NCBI GenBank assembly: GCA_963770835.1
Contig: CAVYRH010000007.1
Coordinates: 1-64,000 of the forward strand
Direction of reading: 5' to 3'
Length of the DNA: 64,000 nucleotides
From: an uncultured Pseudomonadota bacterium
GTDB lineage: Bacteria; Oederibacteriota; Muellerivitia; Muellerivitales; Muellerivitaceae
Numbering within the stretch: position 1 is the stretch's first letter; each line of letters starts with the position of its first letter. Below the pieces are notes generated by a model. That model did not search any database, had not been told where the DNA came from, and worked only from the letters and a program-made list of their open reading frames with translations. Shown one piece after another: positions 20,624 through 29,305 of this stretch. The translations under genes were made by a program, and so were the position numbers.

Positions 20624-21106
20624 ATGACGATGAAAGTAAAGGCCATTCCGGATGGCTACCACAGCGTAACACCTTACTTGATTATCGACGGCGCTTCGGA
20701 CGCCATCGAGTTTTACAAGAAAGCCTTCGGCGCGAAGGAGCTCTACCGCATGCCGATGCCGGGTGGCAAGATCGGCCACGCCGAACTCCAGATCGGCGAT
20801 TCGCGCATCATGCTCGCCGACGAGAATCCGGCCATGGAAGCCAAGTCGGCGAAGAGCCTGGGAGGCTCACCGGTGGGCCTCATGATTTACCTGGAGAATG
20901 TGGACCAGGTATTCCAGCAGGCCATGGCGGCGGGCGCCAGGGTGGTTCGGCCCCTCAAGGACCAGTTTTACGGGGACCGCTCCGGCAACCTGGAGGATCC
21001 CTTCAGCCACAAATGGACCCTGGCCACCCACATCGAGGACGTGGCGCCGGATGAGATGGAAAAACGCATGAAGGAAGCCATGGAGGCAGAAGCGGTTTTG
21101 GATTAG
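20624..21106 (+). CDS. VOC/PhnB glyoxalase-family protein
   Basis: IPDGYHSVTPYL, AIEFYKKAFGA, HAELQIGDS, DQFYGDRSG..EDPF.H.W; AGGAGG RBS. Confidence 0.92.
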   Translation: MTMKVKAIPDGYHSVTPYLIIDGASDAIEFYKKAFGAKELYRMPMPGGKIGHAELQIGDSRIMLADENPAMEAKSAKSLGGSPVGLMIYLENVDQVFQQAMAAGARVVRPLKDQFYGDRSGNLEDPFSHKWTLATHIEDVAPDEMEKRMKEAMEAEAVLD

Positions 21107-21119
21107 CAGGAAGGTTCCC

Positions 21120-21155
21120 AAAGCCTTCTCCCTTGTTAGGGGGAAGGCTTTTTTA
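21120..21155. terminator. Bidirectional terminator between convergent genes
   Basis: AAAGCCTTCTCCCT...AGGGGGAAGGCTTTTTT. Confidence 0.8.
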
Positions 21156-22520
21156 TTTTTCCTTGCCCGGAACGGGGGTAGGGGGCGTGAAGTCGGCAAT
21201 GGCATTGGCGTAGCCGTCCAACATTCTCGACAACTGATCCATTTCATCCTGGGTAACGCCCTTCTGCTGGTTTTGCAGGAGGAAATTTTTCAAGGCCTGG
21301 TGGAAGGCCTTCCGCGTTTGGATCGCGGCGGCCGCCTGGGCAACGGTGCCCTTTCCTTGCTTGCGGGACGAGTCGAAAAGCTTGTCCAATTGCTTGTCCC
21401 GGGCTTTCAGGGAATCGGGGGCCAGATAGGCCTCGGACGTTTGTTGGGGAGAGATGGAGGAGGCATTCACGCCGGGATTGGTATTGTCAGAGGTGATGAG
21501 TTCCGGCCTGCCCATGTGGAGAGGAACGGCTGTGGGGGTGGCTGCCAGGGGAGTGGGGGTAAAGGTTGGAGGGGGTACCGGCGTAAAAGTCGGTGCGGAT
21601 GGAACAGGGGTGAAAGTCGGGGACGGAACCGGTGTGAATACCGGCGCCGGGTTGGGAAGGGTTGTTTTGGGCTTGAGATTGGTGGGGCGGCCGTTCCAAT
21701 AATTGGTGTTGCTTCCGGCGCTCGCGGCGGGGGCGGAATAAGCTCCATAGTTCGAAGGCGGCACGCTTGAAAGAGCCTGGCCGGTGAAACTGCCGTCGCC
21801 CGTCCCAGCGTTATTCTGCGCGTAGGCGCCGCCGCCCCCCGTCCCCTGGGCCAGGAACCGGATAAAGCGGCCGCTGTCGTCGGCCATTTGTTGGAGTTCC
21901 AGGATTTGGTCCGAGGTCAGGTCCAACCCGCCGTTTTGTTTGAAATACCCGATTTCCGCGTCGCGGACGGATTGAAGCCGGCTTTGGGCTTCCTGGGTTT
22001 GGGCCGGGGACAGGTTGCCGGCTTGGGCGGCGCCACGGGCGATGCTTTCCTGGTCCCAAAGGCTGCCCTGCAAAACCGAGATGAAAAGAAGCCGGTCGCC
22101 CTCAACGGCGTAGTTATAGTTCCCATTCCCCTCGAAAGCCTGGACCCAAACATCGCGGCGCTGCAGGGCGTCATTAATGGCGGCGGAATTGCCGTTGAGG
22201 AGGGCCTCGAGGAAACCAGCTTGGTCCGTGGTCAAGTCAGGGGAAGGATTGGCGGCCCTAAATTTCAGGGAAAGTTGCTTCACCAGCTCGTCGTTCTGGG
22301 AAAGGCCCAGGGCCATCGGCGGCTCCAGGTCGCCGGTTTTCGAGGCCTGGTCGATCTGGTTCCGTTGGGTTTCGATCTCCTGTCCGATCTGAAGGGCATT
22401 GGGGGCGGAGCCGGTGGGCGCTTGTGTGACGACGACTTCCTTGATGGCGCAACCTTGTTGGGAAAGGGCCAGGAAGCATGAACAAAAAACAAGGAGCAGT
22501 GAAAACCTGAAGCGGAGCAT
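21153..22520 (-). CDS. Hypothetical lipoprotein with helical repeats and Pro/Thr linker
   Basis: Signal peptide with lipobox-like QQGC; three similar helical segments ending LTTDQ/LTSDQ/VTQDE; PTFTP repeats. Confidence 0.7.
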   Translation of the reverse strand: MLRFRFSLLLVFCSCFLALSQQGCAIKEVVVTQAPTGSAPNALQIGQEIETQRNQIDQASKTGDLEPPMALGLSQNDELVKQLSLKFRAANPSPDLTTDQAGFLEALLNGNSAAINDALQRRDVWVQAFEGNGNYNYAVEGDRLLFISVLQGSLWDQESIARGAAQAGNLSPAQTQEAQSRLQSVRDAEIGYFKQNGGLDLTSDQILELQQMADDSGRFIRFLAQGTGGGGAYAQNNAGTGDGSFTGQALSSVPPSNYGAYSAPAASAGSNTNYWNGRPTNLKPKTTLPNPAPVFTPVPSPTFTPVPSAPTFTPVPPPTFTPTPLAATPTAVPLHMGRPELITSDNTNPGVNASSISPQQTSEAYLAPDSLKARDKQLDKLFDSSRKQGKGTVAQAAAAIQTRKAFHQALKNFLLQNQQKGVTQDEMDQLSRMLDGYANAIADFTPPTPVPGKEK

Positions 22521-22536
22521 GGGGATTCCTTAAGTT

Positions 22537-23007
22537 TTAATTATGGTCAGTGATGCCCGTTATTTTGTATTTAAGAACCTTTAATTGAATGTATCCATCA
22601 TTATTGACACCCATAAATTTCCCTTTAATAATTGCGATATCATCCACCTTGAACTTGTTAATTCCATTTCCCAAAAGAATTATTTTACAATGATACCCCT
22701 TATTTATACTGGCAACAGGCCCACCATATAGTCCAACTCCATCGGTGGTATCCCAAATTCTAATTTCCCAAACTACAAGTTTCCCTTTTTCCGAATCTTC
22801 ATTAGTTTTTAAATCCTTCCATTCATTTACAGCATCATCAGAAGGAACTAATTCATCGTCACTAGATGTGGACGTTTTTGATGTTTTGTATTCCCAAGTA
22901 TTATCTTCATGCAATATTACTTTTTTGCCATCGGGGGTTGTGGCGATCTGATCAGTAAAAGCCATGGTTGAGGTGAAAAAAACGATTAAAAAAATTAGTT
23001 TATTCAT
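22537..23007 (-). CDS. Secreted hypothetical protein in AT-rich insert
   Basis: GGAGG RBS; signal peptide; ATTPDGKKVILHEDNTWEY motif (DUF3157-like); beta-rich, OB-like C-terminus. Confidence 0.65.
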   Translation of the reverse strand: MNKLIFLIVFFTSTMAFTDQIATTPDGKKVILHEDNTWEYKTSKTSTSSDDELVPSDDAVNEWKDLKTNEDSEKGKLVVWEIRIWDTTDGVGLYGGPVASINKGYHCKIILLGNGINKFKVDDIAIIKGKFMGVNNDGYIQLKVLKYKITGITDHN

Positions 23008-23027
23008 TATTAACCCTCCGTATTTGA

Positions 23028-23708
23028 TTATTTCATAAAAGTTAACAAAAAATAGTCGATGTCTTTAATTTTTTTCTTAATCATTTCATCATTAAAGTTA
23101 AGTCCTTTGCTGGCCAAAACATAGAATTTTTTCAGAAACTCGAGGTAAATCTTGTCGCCTATTGAGTTTTTAAACTTTTCGGGAGGGTTTTTAAAAAAAG
23201 TTTTCTTCAGTTTTTCATTTTTTCTGAATAACGCGGAAAGGTTTTTGGAGGCTTTACTGTCGTATAACGGAACAAATTTAGAATGAAAATGAAGATATTT
23301 GGACCAGAAGGACCTAGTAGAATGGGTCACACCCGAGACCTTTTTAATATATAAATTCATCAATTTCCCATGGGATTCTACTGCTTGTTTCAGTGTGCCC
23401 TGGCAATCTTCTTTTGCCCCTGCTTGTTTTATTTTCTCGATTTCATTGTCAATGCGTCCACAATAGTCTGTTAAAAACTTGATCAATTTTATTAAGGCGC
23501 CAGGTTCCCCTTTTTTCTTTTTTGTATGGCGTTCAATTCCAGTGGCGTAGGCTCTGCCGATAAATAAAACTTTTGCTCTCACCCATTGTTCTTCATTTTT
23601 TCCATGAGATGGATGTTTTTTGCAAAGTTTATAAAGAATATCGTCCGAATTTTCCCATTTTTTATGCTCTTTAACGCTCTCTTGATACTTTTGAATAAGG
23701 CTGTCCAT
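23028..23708 (-). CDS. Basic hypothetical protein in AT-rich insert
   Basis: 226-aa ORF; LYKLC..HPSH, AKV..IGRAYA..IER, RSFWSKYLHFH...PLYDS. Confidence 0.7.
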   Translation of the reverse strand: MDSLIQKYQESVKEHKKWENSDDILYKLCKKHPSHGKNEEQWVRAKVLFIGRAYATGIERHTKKKKGEPGALIKLIKFLTDYCGRIDNEIEKIKQAGAKEDCQGTLKQAVESHGKLMNLYIKKVSGVTHSTRSFWSKYLHFHSKFVPLYDSKASKNLSALFRKNEKLKKTFFKNPPEKFKNSIGDKIYLEFLKKFYVLASKGLNFNDEMIKKKIKDIDYFLLTFMK

Positions 23709-23819
23709 AAATATCTTCTTTTTCTAACCTTTCGAGGTTAATCAGCCATTTTTTTAGGAGCCTTGTATATATTTAGGAATAGTTTTGAACCCTTAGATAG
23801 ATTCTTCCTAATTTCCTTG

Positions 23820-25592
23820 TCAGATCAGCCGCTTCATCGTCCAATTGAACCGCTTTTTCCCCTGGTCCATGCATTGGTCGAAGATGGCCTTGGTCCTAAG
23901 GAAACTGTACCGCTCGTCGGCGGCCTTGGAGGCGTAGGGTTCTTTGTCCACCACCGCCGAAACGAGAAACCGTGCCTTAGTGGAGGCCAGCTTGGCCAGC
24001 CAGTCGACATATTCGTTTTCGATGGAAAGCGTCCGGCCAAACCGTCCGGCATATTCCTCCAAATGTTCGTCGTTTAAGATCGCCTGGCACAGGAGGGCCC
24101 AGAGCAGGTTACGGGCCCGGCGCATGTAGGCGTATTTTTTCTCGCCCTTTTCCATGATTTCCCGGATGAGCCGGGTTAGGCGGTAATGGGCCTTGTAACA
24201 AAGGATAATTTTTTTGGAGTCGGCCTGAAGCCGCTCGGGACTGAAAACTTGGTTGTAGTCCTTCTCGTCCTCAAAGACTTCCTGCAGGCGCGACATTTTG
24301 TCCAGCTCGCCGTCGGAAGCCAGAAAAGTCTGGGCAAGTTTCAGGAGTTCCACCGCCTTGCCCTCCTTGATTTCCATCTCTTCCAGGTCCTCTAGGCGAA
24401 GGTTGGAAAAAGCTTTTTCTTGGCGCTCGTAGTAAAGCCCCGAATCCTCCCTAAGCTTGTCCTGTAGCTCCAACTGGATCATGTCGTTGGCGTGCAGATT
24501 CCAGGGTTTGACGGGGTTCTGGCGGTTGTTATTGATGGCCACCTCCAGCACGAATTCGTTGCGGGCGTCGGTGATGATCTTGCACATCACCCAAAGCTCC
24601 CGGAGTGCATCTTCCTTCTTTTTCAAGGCCGGGTTGTTCTCATGGTCCTTCAGGAAGCGGTCCAGGGTGGTGATGCTTTGGGCGCCGTTCAAAAGGCGGG
24701 GCTCCGTAAGGATAAAACGGTCTTTTTCCCGCTCGATCTTTTCCGCGAAAAGAGTGACGCCATTGTGGTGGAAGGCGAAGACCGCTGGGTCCGCGTCTCC
24801 CTTTAAAACTAGCCTTTCGAGGGCCTCGTAAATGGACCGATTGGTGGGGGCGTCTTCCGAGAGGCTGGCCCGGATGTTGCGCTCGAAGAAGCGGTAATTC
24901 ATCTCCTTAAACATAGCGTGCAGGTCCATCAACCGGGCGAAACTAACCCACATGATCTCTCCCCCCGGGCCGCTTCGCTCCAGGGTTTCGGCCACGTGGA
25001 GGGGGTATTGGTGGGTGACCCTTTGGTGGGCAATGGCGCCCAATTTTTTCGTTTCGGCGGAAAGGAACTGGAAAACCATAGTGATGGGCCGCCCGAAGAA
25101 CTGGTCGATAAGGTATTTCTTGCTTTCCAAGTCCTCGCGCAGTTTCTCGTAAACCATGCTGCGTTCGGCCTCCTGGGGGTCGCCATTGAAGACCAAATGG
25201 ATGAAGACGCGCTCGATAGCACCCTGGTAGTTGAGCATCTGGCTTTTCAGCTGGAGGAAGAATTGTTCCTCCTGGATGCCCGGGGGGGCTTGGCCGAAAA
25301 CCCGGTCCATTCCCACCTCCACGAGGCGCTGGAAGGGCACGCGGAATAGAATTTGTGCCTCGGACCATCGGAACTGGAACAAGTAAAGGTTTTTCAGCTG
25401 GGGGTCGATGTGGAAGGCGTCCACGCCGTATTCGTTGCGGCCCCAGAAGATTTGCTGGACGGCCTTCTCGCGGGTTGCTTTGAATTCCCGTTCCAAGTAG
25501 AGGAGGGCAAAGGCATTGTCAGGGACGACCTCGGGGGTTTCCTGGAAGGAAAGAAGAACGGCGTCTATATCGGCTTGGGAAATGGTGACCAT
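23820..25592 (-). CDS. AIPR family protein
   Basis: FFERNIRASL, TNRSI, FAFHHNGVTL, PRLLNGAQS, NNNRQNPV, LHAND, YYERQ; N-terminal YGVDAF...LFQFRW nuclease-like motif. Confidence 0.85.
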   Translation of the reverse strand: MVTISQADIDAVLLSFQETPEVVPDNAFALLYLEREFKATREKAVQQIFWGRNEYGVDAFHIDPQLKNLYLFQFRWSEAQILFRVPFQRLVEVGMDRVFGQAPPGIQEEQFFLQLKSQMLNYQGAIERVFIHLVFNGDPQEAERSMVYEKLREDLESKKYLIDQFFGRPITMVFQFLSAETKKLGAIAHQRVTHQYPLHVAETLERSGPGGEIMWVSFARLMDLHAMFKEMNYRFFERNIRASLSEDAPTNRSIYEALERLVLKGDADPAVFAFHHNGVTLFAEKIEREKDRFILTEPRLLNGAQSITTLDRFLKDHENNPALKKKEDALRELWVMCKIITDARNEFVLEVAINNNRQNPVKPWNLHANDMIQLELQDKLREDSGLYYERQEKAFSNLRLEDLEEMEIKEGKAVELLKLAQTFLASDGELDKMSRLQEVFEDEKDYNQVFSPERLQADSKKIILCYKAHYRLTRLIREIMEKGEKKYAYMRRARNLLWALLCQAILNDEHLEEYAGRFGRTLSIENEYVDWLAKLASTKARFLVSAVVDKEPYASKAADERYSFLRTKAIFDQCMDQGKKRFNWTMKRLI

Positions 25593-25677
25593 GGAAGCTC
25601 CTAACCCAAGCCCATTATATCAACGGAAAAGGCCGATGCGACGGTGGAGAGTAAATTGTTTGGAAATGCTGAAGAAT

Positions 25678-26136
25678 CTAGTTCTGTTTGATGGCCTGCT
25701 GGCGCAACTTTTCTGAAAGGAGGTACATCATCAGGCGGTCCATATCCTCGCGGTTCAAGGCCAATATCTTGACGCCGGCGTTGTACATGGTCTTTCCTAG
25801 GTCGAAGAAAGAGCTGGAGCGGGCCACTTCAGCCAGTAAGGTTACGGCCACGTTGTATTGGGGAAGCTGAAGGGAGATTTCCACGTGGTCGCCTTCGGAA
25901 AAGGGATGCTCACCGGAAATGGACAATCCACCCTCAGAGATGTCGCGGGTGACGGCGTGGTAGGCGTGGAATTTTTGGGAAAGGTAGGGAAGCTGGTCGG
26001 CGGTGGTTTGGCTGTAACGGGGCTGCTGGAGTATTCCATTCTTCTCCTCCGCGTCTAAAACGCGGTAGGAAACCTTTAAGGTGGCCGCAATGCGCTCATA
26101 CCGGCGTTGTTCCATCCAGCCTTTTTGCATAACCAT
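25678..26136 (-). CDS. PilZ domain protein
   Basis: RxxxR (RRYER) and DxSxxG (DISEGG) c-di-GMP-binding motifs. Confidence 0.88.
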   Translation of the reverse strand: MVMQKGWMEQRRYERIAATLKVSYRVLDAEEKNGILQQPRYSQTTADQLPYLSQKFHAYHAVTRDISEGGLSISGEHPFSEGDHVEISLQLPQYNVAVTLLAEVARSSSFFDLGKTMYNAGVKILALNREDMDRLMMYLLSEKLRQQAIKQN

Positions 26137-26357
26137 AATCTTGATACCTTTCCACTTCCAAACCGGGGGGTTCAACCCTGCCTCAAGTTTACCCCTGACT
26201 CACCCCTAGGGCAAACCACTTAAAGGGCCGGATTTAAGGGAAAATTGGCTTGCCTTGATCCTTTGGTTTGATGAGACTGGGCTAGGAATGATTCTCAACT
26301 TTATGGATGCAGACCAAGGCTTATGGGATATGGCCCAGGCCAAAACGGACATAAATC

Positions 26358-27122
26358 ATGGATAACCTTAGAACCTACGGCCAGGCGCCTTTTACGGTGG
26401 CAGTGTTACACGGTGGGCCCGGGGTCAGCGGGGAAATGGCGCCCGTGGCCCAGGAACTCTCCGCGAAGAGGGGTGTTTTGGAGCCTCTTCAAACCAAGGC
26501 TTCGGTGGAAGGCCAAATTGAGGAATTAAAACTGGTATTGGAGGAAATGGCCTCAATCCCAGTCGTATTGGTTGGGTATTCCTGGGGAGCTTGGCTGGGT
26601 TATCTTTTGACCGTCCGGTATCCCAAACTTGTCCGAAAACTCATCCTTGTTTCCAGCGGTCCTTTCGATGAAAAATACGCACCCCAAATCCTGAGAACCC
26701 GTCTTCAAAGGTTGAGCAAAAAAGAACGGGATGACGTGGAGTTTCTCATGGCGAGACCGGAAGACCCATTGGCCTTCGGCCTTTTAGGAGAACTTCTCGC
26801 CAAGGCGGATTTTTACGACCCCCTCCCCATGCGATCAGAGGGCTTGGAATTGAGGCCTGAGATTTACAAAAATGTCTGGAAAGAAGCCTCGGATTTAAGA
26901 AAATCCGGAAAACTCCTAAAGGAGGGCAAGTCTATCCAATGCCCTGTTGTGGCTATTCAAGGGGACCACGATCCCCATCCGGCCGAAGGGGTTCAAAAAC
27001 CGTTAGCCGGGGTTCTCAAGGATTTTCGTTTTTTTCTGCTGGAAAAATGCGGCCATACCCCTTGGATGGAAAAACAGGCCCGGGAGGAGTTCTTTCGAGT
27101 TTTGATTGGAGAACTAGATTAA
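26358..27122 (+). CDS. Alpha/beta hydrolase
   Basis: LHGGPG, GYSWGA, GDHDP, CGHTPW. Confidence 0.9.
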   Translation: MDNLRTYGQAPFTVAVLHGGPGVSGEMAPVAQELSAKRGVLEPLQTKASVEGQIEELKLVLEEMASIPVVLVGYSWGAWLGYLLTVRYPKLVRKLILVSSGPFDEKYAPQILRTRLQRLSKKERDDVEFLMARPEDPLAFGLLGELLAKADFYDPLPMRSEGLELRPEIYKNVWKEASDLRKSGKLLKEGKSIQCPVVAIQGDHDPHPAEGVQKPLAGVLKDFRFFLLEKCGHTPWMEKQAREEFFRVLIGELD

Positions 27123-27508
27123 AAATGTTATTTGGTTTCCAAATTAACAACGAAAGTAAGCGAAGAATTAGCAGTTTTCCGAAACAAACCGGCCATTTTT
27201 CTAGAGGCCAAATCAAACGTTTTTAGGTAAACCTTTTTAATCTAAAAATGGTTTAGTTTAACGGCCTGCTTAAAGGTTGCTTTCTACCTAACCTTCCGTT
27301 AAGCCGTTTCCTTCAATAAATCCAGGTGATAAAATTAAACCAGAGAAAGTTGAACGCGGCCTGACAGCTAATCTCCGGTTTTCGGAATTTTCAAAATTCC
27401 CAATTCGGATAAAATCTTTTTCATAATTGATGACAATGGGTTGATCCCATGGAACTTCTTCCTTCCACCACTTCGTTTTTCCTCGGCAACCATGGAAAGG
27501 CGGTAAAG

Positions 27509-27961
27509 ATGATGACCTTAACCAAAAAAAGATCCCGAAATGTTCGGGCGCTTTTGATAGAGGATAATCTTGTCGACGCGGGTCTCACCGTCGAAGCGTT
27601 TCGAGAAACCGAATTTCCGATCGAAGTAACCCATTTTTCAGACGGCGAGGAAGCCCTGGCTTATCTTCTTCAAAAAGAAAACTTCGAAGAAGCCTCCGTT
27701 CCGGATGTCATTCTTTTGGATATTAATATGCCCCGAAAGGACGGCCATTGGGTTCTCAAAGAAATCCGGGCCAATTCCCGACTTTCCCACATCCCCGTTG
27801 TTATCTTAACCTGCTTGAAAAATGATGAGGATATTCGACGCGCCTATGAGGGGAAGGCCAATTTCTACGTCGTAAAACCTATGGACCTGGACCAGTTACT
27901 CGAGACCGTCCGGTATCTGGAAGAGGTGTGGCTTTCACCTTTTCGTTTCGAACCAGTCTGA
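27509..27961 (+). CDS. Single-domain response regulator (Rcp1-like)
   Basis: LLIEDN, PDVILLDINMP, IPVVILT, ANFYVVKP. Confidence 0.9.
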   Translation: MMTLTKKRSRNVRALLIEDNLVDAGLTVEAFRETEFPIEVTHFSDGEEALAYLLQKENFEEASVPDVILLDINMPRKDGHWVLKEIRANSRLSHIPVVILTCLKNDEDIRRAYEGKANFYVVKPMDLDQLLETVRYLEEVWLSPFRFEPV

Positions 27962-28000
27962 AAGAGGAGATTTTTTTGTCGCGAGGGAAGGAAGGTGCAA

Positions 28001-29305
28001 ATGGAAAAACCCTCGACTCACATTTTACTTTTGGAAGACAATCCCGGCGATGTGGGCCTCTTGAAGGAAACCCTCTCCGCCGAAACAACCTTTCCTTGCC
28101 GTATGGATATTTCATCGAAACTTTCCGACGGCCTGAAACGACTTTCCCAGGAACCTTTTGACGCCGTGGTTTTGGACTTGTACCTGCCCGATTCATCGGG
28201 TTTGGAAACCCTCAATCAAGTCCATCACGCCGTGCCCCAGATCCCAATCGTCGTTCTCACGGGTTTGAGCAACCCGGAAACGGCCACGGAGGCCATGCGC
28301 GAGGGAGCTGAGGACTTCCTTTCCAAGGACGACTTGAGCGGTCCCTTGTTCGTCAGGACGATCCGCTACGCCTTAGAACGCCATAAGCTGCTCATGAACC
28401 TCCAGGAAAAGGAAGAGCGTTATTTCTTGGCCGCTGAGGGGGCTAACGATGGGCTTTGGGATTGGGATTTGAAATCCAACAAGGCCTATTTTTCCACCCG
28501 CTGGAAACTCATACTCGGTTTTTCGGAAAATGAAATTGGGGACAACCCGAATGAATGGTTGTTGCGGGTTCATCCCCAGGATTTGGAAAAGGTCAAACGG
28601 GATTTGGCAAAGCACTTTTTAAAAGAGACTTCCCATTACACCAACGAGCATCGTTTGAGGCATAAAGATGGGCGTTATCGTTGGGTTTTGAGCCGCGGAC
28701 AGGCAACCATTGATCCGACGGGGCACGCTTCCCGCATCGCCGGTTCTTTCACCGATATCACCCGGCACCGGAACCTGGAACAGGAGTTGGCCTTGCGGGC
28801 CTTTTATGATCCCTTGACCGGGCTACCCAACCGCACTTTTTTCATGGAGAGCTTGGACCGGGCCTTTTCGCGGCTCAATCGCCGGCCCTCCGTCCTGTTT
28901 GCATTGTTTTTCCTGGATATGGACCGCTTGAAGTTCGTCAACGACAACTTGGGGCACCAGGCCGGGGATCACTTTTTGATCGAGTTTGCCCGGAGGCTTA
29001 AGTTTTGCGTAAGGCCCAGTGACACAGTCGCACGCATGGGCGGGGATGAGTTCACGGTGCTTTTAGAAGACCTCCACGGCACCCAGGAAGCCATTGAAGT
29101 GGCCGATCGAATCCTCGAATCCCTGAAGGAACCCTTACAACTGGGGGGAACAACAGCCTCGACCTCCGCCAGCATTGGAATCGCCTTTTCCGATTGCGGT
29201 AAAAAAGACGTTGATGGAATTCTCCAGGCCGCCGATTCCGCAATGTATCAGGCGAAATCGGAGGGAAAAGCCAGGTATAGGATCTTTAGGATGGGAAAAG
29301 AATGA
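28001..29305 (+). CDS. REC-PAS-GGDEF diguanylate cyclase
   Basis: REC (LDLYLPD), PAS/PAC (DGLWDWD, RYRWV), DPLTGLPNR, RPSD I-site, intact GGDEF. Confidence 0.93.
   Translation: MEKPSTHILLLEDNPGDVGLLKETLSAETTFPCRMDISSKLSDGLKRLSQEPFDAVVLDLYLPDSSGLETLNQVHHAVPQIPIVVLTGLSNPETATEAMREGAEDFLSKDDLSGPLFVRTIRYALERHKLLMNLQEKEERYFLAAEGANDGLWDWDLKSNKAYFSTRWKLILGFSENEIGDNPNEWLLRVHPQDLEKVKRDLAKHFLKETSHYTNEHRLRHKDGRYRWVLSRGQATIDPTGHASRIAGSFTDITRHRNLEQELALRAFYDPLTGLPNRTFFMESLDRAFSRLNRRPSVLFALFFLDMDRLKFVNDNLGHQAGDHFLIEFARRLKFCVRPSDTVARMGGDEFTVLLEDLHGTQEAIEVADRILESLKEPLQLGGTTASTSASIGIAFSDCGKKDVDGILQAADSAMYQAKSEGKARYRIFRMGKE

Noticed and set aside
26205..26250. GGGCAAACC near the PilZ gene as a c-di-GMP-I riboswitch
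   Set aside because: It lacks the GNRA-capped P2 stem and the following GACGCAAAGC-type segment, and is on the opposite strand to the PilZ gene.
27123..27500. AT-rich intergenic regions (also 32690-33060) as ncRNA genes
   Set aside because: No recognisable RNA family motif or convincing long stem; most simply promoter regions.
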